A DNA stretch of 63,990 nucleotides, filler included, from an uncultured bacterium (GTDB lineage Bacteria > CAZSTA01): assembly GCA_964609495.1 (NCBI GenBank). It is 12 parts of 12 records of this genome, joined end to end, with 100 filler letters (N's around TTAATTAATTAA, not from the genome) between each part and the next. Parts side by side here need not be neighbours in the genome. Positions count along the whole stretch, not along the records: positions 17,289 to 22,852 come from CAZSTA010000227.1; positions 22,953 to 28,512 come from CAZSTA010000228.1; positions 28,613 to 34,094 come from CAZSTA010000229.1; 9 more parts are not named here. One strand, 5' to 3'. The translations under genes were made by a program, and so were the position numbers. This document shows, piece after piece, positions 20,536-30,937 of this stretch; position 1 is the stretch's first letter, and each line of letters opens with the position of its first letter. Below the pieces are notes generated by a model. It saw nothing but the letters and a program-made list of their open reading frames with translations, ran no database searches and had not been told where the DNA came from.

Positions 20536-22458
20536 GTGATCCGGAGATTAACAGTGGTTTTATTAAGTGGGGTAATATGTTTGTTGTTAGGATTGACTTC
20601 AGCATTAGCGGTAGAGTACAATGAAGCTCCCATGCTTAAAGAGAAGGTAGCTGCAGGAGAGCTTCCTCCAGTAGAGGAAAGACTTCCTGAGGAGCCCTTA
20701 GTGGTAGAGGTAGTGGAAGAGATTGGCCAGTATGGTGGCACGCTCCATATGCTTACTCCTGTACCTAATGATATGGATGATTGTGACACCTTCAACGAAC
20801 AGTGTGTGCTTCGTATGTCTCCTGGTTTGACAACTATAGAGCCTAATATTGCCAAGGGCTGGGAGTTCTCAGAAGATGCGAAAACCTTAACCTTATTTCT
20901 CCGCAAGGGAATGAAGTGGTCGGATGGAGCACCTTTTACCGCTGATGATGTAATGTTCTGGTATGAGGATGTCGTTTTAAATGATGAGCTTACCCCAGTT
21001 AAGCCAGGAGACTGGTCTCCTGGGGGAGAGCTGATGAAGGTGGAGAAGATAGATGATTGGACAGTTCAGTTGCGCTTTGCTGCCCCCTATGCAGTCGCAA
21101 CTCTAATGTTAGCTCACTCCTGGGGGATGCCGAGTTCCTTCTTTTACCCCAAACACTATCTGAAGCAATTTCACCCTAATTATGTTCCCATGGAAAAGCT
21201 CAAGGAAATGGCAGAAGAAAGAGGCTTTGACCACTGGTACGAGCTCTTTAGGGAAAGATCCAGACATGATTCTGGGGTGCCCTTAGACAATCCTGATTAT
21301 CCTGTGGTCAATCCATATTATCTTAAAGAGAAGACGCCAGGATATTGGTCCTTAGAGAGGAATCCTTATTTCTGGGCAGTGGATACCGAGGGGAATCAAC
21401 TTCCATATATTGATGGGATTTTGCTTACCCTGGTTGAAGATAGGGAGATGGTCGCCTCCAAAGTAGCCACTGGTGAAGTCGATTGGGCAGCCAAGGAGAC
21501 AGCTCTGAAGGATTATCCCCTTTACATGGGAAATGAAGAAAAAGGCAACTTCCGGGTAATTCTGTGGAAGTCTATTTTCGGAGGAGATTGTGTCTACCAA
21601 TTTAACCAAACCTATAAAAAAGATCTTGTCCTGCGGGATATATTACGGGATTTGAGATTCCGTCAGGCTTTATCTCTGGCCATTAATCGGGAGGAGATTA
21701 ATGAGGCTCTTTACTTTGGAAAAGCAGTTCCTCGTCAATGGACAGTTATCCCGGCGTGTAGCTATTACGAGGAGGAATTTGCTGAATCTTATGCGGAATA
21801 CAATCCAGAGGAAGCTAACCGGCTCTTAGATGAGATGGGTTTGGATAAAAGAGATGAAGCTGGTTATCGCTTGAAGCCAGATGGCAAAAGACTGGCCTTT
21901 ACCATTGAGTATTACCCTATCGAGTCACCTAAGACTCCTATCTCCGAGATGGTAAAAGAGTATTGGGGAGCTGTTGGGGTTCAAGTATCCTTAAAGGAAA
22001 TTAGTGGAGAGTTAAGCGCAATGCGTTATCCGGCAAATGAAGTTGCAGTTGGGGCCTGGCACGGAGACGTAACTACAGATATTCTCTTTCCTATTTTTCC
22101 TTGGCAGTATGTCCCCTATGCGCTGCACTGGGGAACTACCTTCTGTCCATTATGGGCTCAATGGTATAACACCGGAGGGGAAGAAGGCGAAGAACCTCCC
22201 CAAGAGGTAAAGAACCTTTACAAATGGTGGGAGAGCTTAAAGGCCACTACGAATGAAGAGGAAAGGATCGAGCTGGGGAAAAAGATTTTGCGTTCCCAGG
22301 CGGAAAACTTATGGTGCATTGGTGAGGTAGGCTGTGGTCCCATCCCTGTTATAGTGAGAAGTAATTTGCGGAACGTTCCAGAAGAAACATACTATGGTTG
22401 GGATACTCTTTTTGGTTATTACGTTCATCCCGAACAATTTTTCTTTAAGCAGGATTAG
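20536..22458 (+). CDS. ABC substrate-binding protein, family 5
   Basis: Signal peptide and family-5 motifs; paralog of the two SBPs above. Confidence 0.93.
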   Translation: MIRRLTVVLLSGVICLLLGLTSALAVEYNEAPMLKEKVAAGELPPVEERLPEEPLVVEVVEEIGQYGGTLHMLTPVPNDMDDCDTFNEQCVLRMSPGLTTIEPNIAKGWEFSEDAKTLTLFLRKGMKWSDGAPFTADDVMFWYEDVVLNDELTPVKPGDWSPGGELMKVEKIDDWTVQLRFAAPYAVATLMLAHSWGMPSSFFYPKHYLKQFHPNYVPMEKLKEMAEERGFDHWYELFRERSRHDSGVPLDNPDYPVVNPYYLKEKTPGYWSLERNPYFWAVDTEGNQLPYIDGILLTLVEDREMVASKVATGEVDWAAKETALKDYPLYMGNEEKGNFRVILWKSIFGGDCVYQFNQTYKKDLVLRDILRDLRFRQALSLAINREEINEALYFGKAVPRQWTVIPACSYYEEEFAESYAEYNPEEANRLLDEMGLDKRDEAGYRLKPDGKRLAFTIEYYPIESPKTPISEMVKEYWGAVGVQVSLKEISGELSAMRYPANEVAVGAWHGDVTTDILFPIFPWQYVPYALHWGTTFCPLWAQWYNTGGEEGEEPPQEVKNLYKWWESLKATTNEEERIELGKKILRSQAENLWCIGEVGCGPIPVIVRSNLRNVPEETYYGWDTLFGYYVHPEQFFFKQD

Positions 22459-22590
22459 GTAGAGGAATATAGGTGGGGAGGCTTCTACGTATAGAACCTC
22501 CTCACCTTATAGTAAGGACATTGAAGTAGAGCTTTATGGAGGTCTATTAGTTTCATATAGTCAACAAAAAAACATCAAGGAGGTAGTAAG

Positions 22591-22852
22591 TTGAACGGGA
22601 TAAAGCCAATTGACGTGAAGGTGAACATCAAGCCTGTATCAAACCAACTTATCCACAGCGCTTCGTATGAGGGGCCATGCCGAGTTGGGGAGAGAGAGAA
22701 CTTGACGCCAGAAGCCGATAGGCGAAGAGGCGAGAGGCAATTCGATATGTTTGTAGAGAATATAAAGAAAAATCTGCGTCCCGATGTGGAACTTATGGAG
22801 CCGGTCTATATAGAGTGGGGCGACGATTTCGTGATTCCTGAAAGTGAGCTCA
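22591..22852 (+). CDS. Hypothetical protein, possibly L-fucose/arabinose-isomerase-like N-terminus (truncated)
   Basis: Strong RBS (aggaggt), TTG start and HSASYEGPCR motif; the family call is tentative. Confidence 0.5.
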
Positions 22853-23073
22853 NNNNNNNNNNNNNNNNNNNNNNNNNNNNNNNNNNNNNNNNNNNNTTAA
22901 TTAATTAANNNNNNNNNNNNNNNNNNNNNNNNNNNNNNNNNNNNNNNNNNNNGACTATCGAGGGGTTATTCACTGCTATGGCAGCTTTTGGCACTATCAA
23001 CACCAAACAGGAAGACTACCGATTTTTAAGCTGTATTTGGAGTTAAATGTAAGGATCTGGAAGGTGCTTATTT

Positions 23074-24936
23074 TTACATAAAATCTCCCTTGTTTCTATC
23101 GATTCGCCGATCGGGTTGGTAGTTGGGAACAACCTCCTTCAATTTCTCAATTATCTCCTCCACCTTCATAGTATTAGCTAGTTCCTCTAATTCCTCCAAT
23201 CTATCCTCAAGATCAGAGCTTCGCTTGTTATCATTCGATCTGGCTAAGAAGATCTTCTGATGAGCTGTGCGAGAGATCTCCTCATCAACAGTGGTCAGCT
23301 CCTCCAGAAGTTTCTCTCCTGGTCTGATCCCGGTGAACTCTATCCTAATATCCTTATCAGGAGTATAGCCCGATAGCTTGATCAAGTCTCGTGCTAGATC
23401 GAGGATCTTCATCGGTTGCCCCATATCCAAGATGAAGATCTCTCCTCCCTCCCCCATAACACTAGCCTGAAGGACCAACTGAGCCGCCTCAGGGATCGTC
23501 ATAAAGTAGCGCACCATCTCTGGGTGAGTAACGGTGACTGGACCTCCGCGAGCTATCTGCTTCTTAAAGACGGGGACCACACTACCATGGCTTCCTAAAA
23601 CATTGCCGAAGCGAACGGTGATGAACTTTGCCTTATCCTTCTCTGCCAGATATTGGACTATCAACTCAGCAACTCTCTTGGAAGCTCCCATAATACTCGT
23701 TGGATTCACCGCTTTATCCGTGGAGATCATCACGAACTTCTCTACCTCATATTCGATCGAGAACTCCGCCAAGGTCTTAGTCCCGATTATATTATTCTTA
23801 ACTGCCTCCTCTGGATTTCGCTCCATAAGAGGGACATGCTTATAGGCTGCCGCGTGGAAGACCATAGTGGGGCGATGGATGTCGAAGATCTTCCTCAGCT
23901 TGCTCTTATCCTGGATATCTCCCACAATCGGAAGTATCGACAGATCATGGCTATAGGGTCTAAGCTCCAGGTCTAGTTGATAGAGATCGTTCTCCCCCTG
24001 ATCCAATAAAATCAACTGATCAAGCTTAAACCTGACCAGTTGCCGACATAACTCCGAGCCGATAGAACCTCCCGCCCCGGTGACCAAGATACGTTGTCCC
24101 CTTAAATCAGCCGCGATCCTATCGAGATTTATATCAACTTGCTCGCGGCCCAGAAGGTCTTCGAAGTGGACTTCTCGAACATTGTTTAAGGTGGCTTTGC
24201 CGTTCATCAACTCATAGACGCTAGGGACGATCTTGAAGCCGGCTCCAGTCTCCTCGCAGATGGTAGCTATCTCTCTGAGCCCTGGCCTGCCTACCATCGA
24301 GGGCATAGCCACTATTATTTCATCCACCTTCTTATTTCGAACTACCTGAGGGATATCATGTCTAGTGCCTAATACTTTGACTCCGTGAATATACATCCCT
24401 TTCTTATCCGGATTATCATCGATGAAGCCCACTGGTTCATATCCTAACTCTCGATGCTTCCGCATATCCCTCAGGATCCTCTCCCCCGAATCCCCTGCTC
24501 CGACGATCAAGGTGCGTTTGGGAAATTTTACTCCTCCCTTTACTCCTCTCTCCTCTATTATCCTCCACCAGAATCTAACTCCTCCAATGAGGAGAATATT
24601 GAGGATCCAATCGATGATCAACACCGATATAGGATATTTAAAACTAGTCAAGGCTAAAGCTGGAATCGATATTATAACAGAGCTTATAGTTACCGCTTTG
24701 GATATAGTGATAAGAGCGCTAACGCTTGCATACTGCCACATCCAGCTATATAGTCCTAAATAGTGATAGACAAGTATGCGAATTAAAATAATGAGAAAGA
24801 ACAGCTCCCAAAATTGATATATAGCTGTTCCAGGAATTTTACCTTCGAATCTAAGCAAAAAAGCCGATATATTGGCGGTGCTAACAAGTAGAATATCGAG
24901 AATAACTAAGAACAAACCAGTTCGGCTTTTAAACAT
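23074..24936 (-). CDS. CapD/PglF-type membrane UDP-GlcNAc 4,6-dehydratase
   Basis: N-terminal TMs, GAGDSG, TGAGGSIGSEL, AAAYKHVP, ISTDKAV, RFGNVLGS and RPGEKL motifs. Confidence 0.93.
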   Translation of the reverse strand: MFKSRTGLFLVILDILLVSTANISAFLLRFEGKIPGTAIYQFWELFFLIILIRILVYHYLGLYSWMWQYASVSALITISKAVTISSVIISIPALALTSFKYPISVLIIDWILNILLIGGVRFWWRIIEERGVKGGVKFPKRTLIVGAGDSGERILRDMRKHRELGYEPVGFIDDNPDKKGMYIHGVKVLGTRHDIPQVVRNKKVDEIIVAMPSMVGRPGLREIATICEETGAGFKIVPSVYELMNGKATLNNVREVHFEDLLGREQVDINLDRIAADLRGQRILVTGAGGSIGSELCRQLVRFKLDQLILLDQGENDLYQLDLELRPYSHDLSILPIVGDIQDKSKLRKIFDIHRPTMVFHAAAYKHVPLMERNPEEAVKNNIIGTKTLAEFSIEYEVEKFVMISTDKAVNPTSIMGASKRVAELIVQYLAEKDKAKFITVRFGNVLGSHGSVVPVFKKQIARGGPVTVTHPEMVRYFMTIPEAAQLVLQASVMGEGGEIFILDMGQPMKILDLARDLIKLSGYTPDKDIRIEFTGIRPGEKLLEELTTVDEEISRTAHQKIFLARSNDNKRSSDLEDRLEELEELANTMKVEEIIEKLKEVVPNYQPDRRIDRNKGDFM

Positions 24937-25034
24937 AATCTCGCCTCATAGTTAATATCTTAAAAGCACCTATTATAGCCTTTATCGTCCTCTCCTAAAG
25001 TGTAATTCAAGTATATCACAGAAATCAGGATATG

Positions 25035-27428
25035 TCAAGAGTATCTCTTTTGATAGGCGTAGATTGTAACTATTCCTAAGAGTATAAATATAACGATATT
25101 TAGGATTAATTTAAGCACATAGATAGGAACTCTCAACTTTATTTCTCTCTCCATCATAGCTTGAGAGGGGAATAAATATTTAGTAGGGATTACATAATCT
25201 CTTCTATCATTTGGGGGATGCCAAGATATAGCTAAACGGCTTGTTCCCATTGAATTGGAATATTTAATATATGCTTTATAAAATTTCTTTTTTAACTTGA
25301 CTATACTCAAGAGAGGTTTTACCTTACCTGTTCCAGTTTCCCTACTCTCGCCTTCTATGGTTTCAAATATTGGTTGATCATCCAGATAGAAATTAACCCC
25401 CCCTTTAGGATCAGCTTTAAATATATATTCGCCGTCCTCGGGAACCAGAAGATATCCCCTCCACTCCGCGCTGAAAGGGAAATGTCTCAAAGGTTTCACT
25501 ATATTCGGTTGTTCGGATAACTTATCCCTGGTATCCCAGTCCTCTTCTCGAGCATAGATCTGAAAGCTCTCGACCTTCGAGAAATCCTTTATATCGGTGA
25601 AAGAAGATAAGGGGATTAAAGCTTGGGCTTCACCTATCTGGGAGGAGATATCCATAGATATTAGGGGGGTGATAACTATAGAAAATGGATCTCTCTCGAT
25701 CTCGCGCAAAGATTTCATATCAAAGGGATTATAAACCTCAATGATATCCTGAACATCCCCCCAATCATCCTCCCTAGCATATATCCTGAGGTACTCGATA
25801 TCTTCCCAATCCCTTATCCCAGAGAAATCCTTTAGCGGAACTGATACGTATATCCTCTCCTCGGGGGATATCTCCTCCTTCCAGTCATTCTCTCTAGCGT
25901 ATATCTGGATATACTTTAATCGACTCAGATCGAGGTTAAAATCCTTCAGAGAGATCAAAACTTCTATCTCCCCAACTTCACGTCGAGGATCTGGCTTCGC
26001 ATAGTTATAGATTAGGGCGGTGTGTTCGCCCTTATCATCAGCAAGGGCGATGCGAGGCGATAATCTGAAGAGGGAGGAAAACTTCAGGGTGAGTTTGAGA
26101 TATTTATATTCGGGGGCCTCTAAGGAGGAAGGAAGCGGAGATTCCACGAAATCTCTTTGTAGCACATTCCACTTATCGGGTTGAACTCCATCGTTATAAA
26201 ACATCCACTTGAGGGAGTGTTTGCCATCCTTTGTCCATTCCTTGCTTACAGTAACCTCTGAGGATTCATTCCAGCTCCAACTTTCGGGGATAGAATCCCC
26301 TTCAAAATCATCTAAGACTAGCTTAGATATACCATCCTCCTTTACTAACTCGATAGCGTCAACATAGATCGGGGTGCCAGCTTTCGCCTCGAAGAAGAGA
26401 GTGGCTTTGCCCTCTGGTGAGATATAAGGATCTTGCATACCGATAAGGGTTTCATTAATACTCAGGGGTTGAGCTTTCCCCTCCTCCATATCCCCCAGTT
26501 CATCTGACCCTCTGCCTAATTCGATCCGCAAGGGACTTCTGAATTCCGAGTCCTTCCTCATCTCAAATCTCAGATAATCGTAATCGGTTAAATCCAAACC
26601 TAGATCGTGCTTCTCAACGGAGTTCCATTCGTTAGGAGGATAGCCATCGTTATAGAATATCCAGCGCAGGGAATGTCTGCCATCTCCAGGCCAGATCTCG
26701 GCGATAGAAAGCTCTCCTAAGCCCTCTCTATATTTCCAATCAGGAGATAACTCCCCCTCGAAATCATCCACTATAAGTGGTGGCTTTTCTGGATTCTGAC
26801 TTATAAAACGGATATTATCAAAAAAAATTGGGAGCCCGATCTTCCTGCCTAAATTCACATAACTGGCTTCCTTATTATTTGTAACTAGCTGGACTCGAAA
26901 GGGCTTTTCCCATCGATCGTCTGCCTTTAGCCTGAAGGTCAGATACCCTCCCTCCGACATATCCATATTTAAATTATCCTTAGCGATTAGGTTTATCTCA
27001 TTCGGGATCTTCCCATCATCATAGAAGACCCAATGCAAGGAGGATTTCCCCTTACCAGCCCAACTCTCGTCGATCCTCAATTTGCTCAACTGCTTTTTCC
27101 ATCGCCACTGCTTTGATAATTCACCACCCTCGAAATCATCTATCACTATCGGATTAAGCGATAATTCAGCATCCCTCCTAAGATATTCTATATCATCTAT
27201 AAATATAGAGGTATCTATGGTAGAAAACCAACGAAAATCGATCTTCGGATCTACTCTGGTAAGCTGTGGCTCTCCCTCCCAGGAAGCATTGGGATAATAA
27301 CTTCCCCTCAAGCCGTTGACCTTAGTAACGTTCAAGATAAGGAAGATGGCAAAGGCGATCAACACTATTGTGACTAATAGGGATATCGGTCTATTTTTGA
27401 AGTAATCGATCAAACGTGTATTCCGCAT
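25035..27428 (-). CDS. Membrane-anchored protein: split PA14 domain with three inserted CBM-like modules
   Basis: PA14 N-part GLRGSYY..TRVDPKIDFRW and C-part FSAEWRGYL..IPTKYLF; three DDFEG..SL.W.FY.DG repeats and three IYARE.DW repeats; TMs at both ends. Confidence 0.7.
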   Translation of the reverse strand: MRNTRLIDYFKNRPISLLVTIVLIAFAIFLILNVTKVNGLRGSYYPNASWEGEPQLTRVDPKIDFRWFSTIDTSIFIDDIEYLRRDAELSLNPIVIDDFEGGELSKQWRWKKQLSKLRIDESWAGKGKSSLHWVFYDDGKIPNEINLIAKDNLNMDMSEGGYLTFRLKADDRWEKPFRVQLVTNNKEASYVNLGRKIGLPIFFDNIRFISQNPEKPPLIVDDFEGELSPDWKYREGLGELSIAEIWPGDGRHSLRWIFYNDGYPPNEWNSVEKHDLGLDLTDYDYLRFEMRKDSEFRSPLRIELGRGSDELGDMEEGKAQPLSINETLIGMQDPYISPEGKATLFFEAKAGTPIYVDAIELVKEDGISKLVLDDFEGDSIPESWSWNESSEVTVSKEWTKDGKHSLKWMFYNDGVQPDKWNVLQRDFVESPLPSSLEAPEYKYLKLTLKFSSLFRLSPRIALADDKGEHTALIYNYAKPDPRREVGEIEVLISLKDFNLDLSRLKYIQIYARENDWKEEISPEERIYVSVPLKDFSGIRDWEDIEYLRIYAREDDWGDVQDIIEVYNPFDMKSLREIERDPFSIVITPLISMDISSQIGEAQALIPLSSFTDIKDFSKVESFQIYAREEDWDTRDKLSEQPNIVKPLRHFPFSAEWRGYLLVPEDGEYIFKADPKGGVNFYLDDQPIFETIEGESRETGTGKVKPLLSIVKLKKKFYKAYIKYSNSMGTSRLAISWHPPNDRRDYVIPTKYLFPSQAMMEREIKLRVPIYVLKLILNIVIFILLGIVTIYAYQKRYS

Positions 27429-27446
27429 ATCTATTGCATTTCGATC

Positions 27447-28512
27447 TTATGAGTTTGTCTTCTCCTTCCTGACTTGAATAAGGATATCTCTTATCTCATC
27501 CAAGAGGGGTTTTAGCTCCTTCACTTCTGCCAGAGTAAGCTCATCTTCTAGCTTCATAACCTCGTTAAATGTATCTATAGCCCTTTGAGTATAGACTGGC
27601 CCTCTTTGGGCTACAGTCCCCAGATACCAATCGATCATTCCTCCCCCGTAAAGAACCCTTATCTTCTGAGTTAGGTTAAGTGGACTGTTCAACGCCCCGT
27701 CATAGGCTGCCATAGCCTCTTCGAAAAGACGTTCCTCTCGCAATAGATCTCCCTTTTCTATAACTCCGGCCGCCATAACCTCGCGATATAGCTTCTCCAG
27801 CTTCTCCGCCCTTTCAACAGGAATATCGCGTAATATCTGGAGCGCACCTTCCAACTCGTCGAGATCGTTATTTAGCAGCCCTAAAGCGAATTTACTCCTA
27901 GCCCAATAGATACGCTTATTGGGGAAATCTACGGGAACACTTCTTCTTTCCTCCTTCAATTTCTCCAAAAGCTCGATCCCTTTGGCGAATAGGGTCTCCG
28001 CTTGAGAGAAGTTGAACTCTTTGAAATAAGAGACCGCGTCATCTATGGCCTTCGCCGCTTCTGCTCTATCCCGTTTGACATCAGCGGACTCGAAGTATTC
28101 TATCGCCAGCGAAACTCTACCTATAAGTCCTTCCTTCTCGGCTTTTAGCTCGATCTTATTATCCCCCTCCTTCAATTCGACCTCAAAGGCGAACTTCCCC
28201 TCATCCAGATGGATAGTTTCAGAACGATCGTCTATCTTAACATCTAAGGAGGAGATCTCGACGGGAGCAACTACTCCTTTTATCAACTGAATCTGAGTAT
28301 CGGCGGTGAAAGTGCGGTCCGTAGGAAGCTCAAGCTGAATTTGAGGGGCTGTTATATCTACCACCCTGATCATAGCTATATTGCGTCCTAATTCCCTTCC
28401 CTCAGAATCTTTGAAGATAGCGATTATATTACCATCTCCCGCCTCCTTAGGGGTAAAGACCCCCGCATCTGATATCTCACCTAATTCTTCGGGATACACT
28501 TCCCAGCTAAGT
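27447..28512 (-). CDS. Ig-like plus TPR-like protein (5' truncated)
   Basis: DITAPQI..LKEGDNKIELKA Ig-like segment followed by helical repeats. Confidence 0.6.
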
Positions 28513-28612
28513 NNNNNNNNNNNNNNNNNNNNNNNNNNNNNNNNNNNNNNNNNNNNTTAATTAATTAANNNNNNNNNNNNNNNNNNNNNNNNNNNNNNNN
28601 NNNNNNNNNNNN

Positions 28613-28722
28613 AAAGGAAACTTTTGCAGGCAATAAAACTCAAGTGTTCTGGTAACTTTTGCTTCCAAAAAATATATAAGGTTAAAAAGTTTCCTTTTCA
28701 AGGGGGAAGATCCCTCTCCTCT
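28613..28722. mobile_element. Rearranged copy of the palindromic MITE family
   Basis: aaaggaaacttttgcaggcaataaaactcaagtg-ttctggtaactttt...aaaaagtttcctttt plus a small hairpin. Confidence 0.7.
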
Positions 28723-28745
28723 AAGAAAGTGAGGTAGAGAGGGAA

Positions 28746-30152
28746 ATGATGCGTCAACACCAAGAATTAGCTCTAAAGCAGAAAATGATCGTTACTCCTC
28801 AGCTCAAACAATCCCTGGATATCCTTCAACTTACTAATCTCGAGTTAGCTCAATATCTCCAACAGAAGATGTTAGAGAATCCAGCTCTAGAGTCAATCGA
28901 GGAAGAGGAAGAGACTGAACAAGAGGATGAGGAAGAAGACGAAGTCTCTCCTGAGTTGGGGGAGGAATGGCTGGAGTATTTTGGCCCTGACAGTGGAAAT
29001 GATGAGGAGTACTATAGACCAAGCGATGATACCGCCTATGTGAGTGATATTATAGAGGACACTATATCTTACCCCAGTTCCTTCAGAGATGATTTGATCT
29101 CTCAGCTTCACTTTAAAGTTTCCTCTCCAGAGAAGATGGGACTTTTGGCTCTGTTGGTAGCTAATTTAGATGACGATGGTTATTTCCGCAAGGATATTAA
29201 CGAGATGGCTAAGGATTTTGGTATTCCAGTAGATGATATAGAGAAAGGTCTTAGGCTCATCCAGAGCTTGGATCCTCCAGGGATAGCCGCTAGGAATCTA
29301 AAGGAATGTCTGCTTATCCAAGTTAAGAGATTGGGGATACCGAATGAGGTTGTCATAGCTCTCATTAGCAACTATTTGGAAGAGTTGGGGAGGGGAAAGT
29401 ATAATAAGATCATAGAGGAGATGAAGATATCTAAAGAGGAATTAAGAGAAGCCCTAGAGGAGATCAAGAAGCTTAATCCTATCCCTATGTCCGGTTCCTC
29501 AGCTACAGAGCAGGGAAGCTACATAACCCCGGATGTTATAGTCAGAGAGATAGATGGAGAATGCTATGTGATGATAAACGATAACTCAGTTCCTCGCTTC
29601 AGGATAAATCCTTTTTATAGGCGAATACTCAAGGAGAAGAGAGAAGAAGGAGGAGACAAGAAAGCTTATGAGTATGTAAAGGATAGGATAAACGCGGCGG
29701 CTTGGCTCTTAAGATGTGTTGAGCAAAGACGTAATACCATCTATCAAGTGACCAAGACGATCTGTGATCATCAGAAGGACTTTTTCAAGAAGGGTGTTGA
29801 GGCCTTAAGGCCTCTCAATCTGGTGGATATCGCTGACGAGTTGGGGATTCACGAATCCACCGTCAGCAGAGTTACGAGTAAGAGCTACATTCAAACTCCA
29901 CGCGGGGTGTATCCCTTCCGCTTCTTCTTTCCTACAGAGCTATCCTCAAGCGACGGGACCGGGGTCTCCTCGACCTCTGTCAAAAAGCTAATTCAGGATA
30001 TAATCCAGAGTGAGGATCCCAAACATCCCCTATCCGATGAAAAAATAGCCCAGAGGCTTAAGGAGCAAGGGATAGGGATAGCTAGGCGGACGGTAGCTAA
30101 ATATCGCAATGAAATGAAAATCTTATCCGCCAGACAGAGGAAAGGGATATAG
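28746..30152 (+). CDS. rpoN: RNA polymerase sigma-54 factor
   Basis: ENPALE, DPPGIAAR, HESTVSR and RpoN box ARRTVAKYR. Confidence 0.97.
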   Translation: MMRQHQELALKQKMIVTPQLKQSLDILQLTNLELAQYLQQKMLENPALESIEEEEETEQEDEEEDEVSPELGEEWLEYFGPDSGNDEEYYRPSDDTAYVSDIIEDTISYPSSFRDDLISQLHFKVSSPEKMGLLALLVANLDDDGYFRKDINEMAKDFGIPVDDIEKGLRLIQSLDPPGIAARNLKECLLIQVKRLGIPNEVVIALISNYLEELGRGKYNKIIEEMKISKEELREALEEIKKLNPIPMSGSSATEQGSYITPDVIVREIDGECYVMINDNSVPRFRINPFYRRILKEKREEGGDKKAYEYVKDRINAAAWLLRCVEQRRNTIYQVTKTICDHQKDFFKKGVEALRPLNLVDIADELGIHESTVSRVTSKSYIQTPRGVYPFRFFFPTELSSSDGTGVSSTSVKKLIQDIIQSEDPKHPLSDEKIAQRLKEQGIGIARRTVAKYRNEMKILSARQRKGI

Positions 30153-30185
30153 AAGGGGATAACCGAGGCAAGCCCGAACTTATTT

Positions 30186-30224
30186 CCCCCTCACCCTATC
30201 CCTCTTCCACGAGGGGAGAGGGAA
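30186..30224. repeat. BoxC-like palindromic repeat
   Basis: ccccctcaccctatccctcttccacgaggggagagggaac, embedded in a ccgaact/agttcgg stem. Confidence 0.75.
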
Positions 30225-30268
30225 CTTAAGTTCGGTTTAGAGGGTTTTTCCCTCTAAAGGAAGAAATT

Positions 30269-30937
30269 TTGAGGATAGATTTTCGCAGAGCCAGAGAGAT
30301 TATGGTAAATGGGCAACTTAGAGCCAGGGGAATCTCCGATGAAAGAGTCATATCTGCTATGAGGAAGGTTCCACGGCATGAATTTGTTCCTTCAGATTAT
30401 CAGAAGCAGGCTTATTCGGACCATCCACTCCCCATTGGCTTTGGACAGACTATATCTCAACCCTTTATGGTAGCGATGATGACTGAATATCTTCAACTTA
30501 CTGGAAAGGAAAAGGTCCTAGAGGTAGGAACGGGATCTGGATATCAGGCCGCAATATTAGGAGAACTAGCAGCTTTTGTTTATACTGTCGAACGTAATGA
30601 GATCCTGGCGAAAAGGGCTGAGAAGAAGCTGGCTGAACTTGGTTATGATAACATCAAGGTTATAGTAGGAGATGGATCTCAAGGCTTGAAAGAATTTTCC
30701 CCCTACGATAGGATAGTGGTTACCGCCTTCTCCTCCTTTGTACCTCAGACCTTAAAAGAACAATTGAGCGAGGGAGGGAGGCTTCTTATCCCGATAGGAG
30801 ATCCTCGCTATCAGACCTTGATCTTAGTGGAAAGGAGAGGAGAGGAGTTCATACAAAAAAGTATAACCGGTTGTGTTTTCGTCCCTCTGATAGGGGAATA
30901 TGGCTGGAGATCGCAGGATAATAATAAACAACTATGA
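30269..30937 (+). CDS. pcm: Protein-L-isoaspartate O-methyltransferase
   Basis: VPRHEFV, GQTISQP, VLEVGTGSGYQAA and FVPL motifs. Confidence 0.96.
   Translation: MRIDFRRAREIMVNGQLRARGISDERVISAMRKVPRHEFVPSDYQKQAYSDHPLPIGFGQTISQPFMVAMMTEYLQLTGKEKVLEVGTGSGYQAAILGELAAFVYTVERNEILAKRAEKKLAELGYDNIKVIVGDGSQGLKEFSPYDRIVVTAFSSFVPQTLKEQLSEGGRLLIPIGDPRYQTLILVERRGEEFIQKSITGCVFVPLIGEYGWRSQDNNKQL

Noticed and set aside
20361-20906. Antisense/shadow ORFs (e.g. 20361-20906, 12098-12574, 45870-46397, 51202-51702)
   Set aside because: They lie opposite well-supported genes and show no recognisable motifs.
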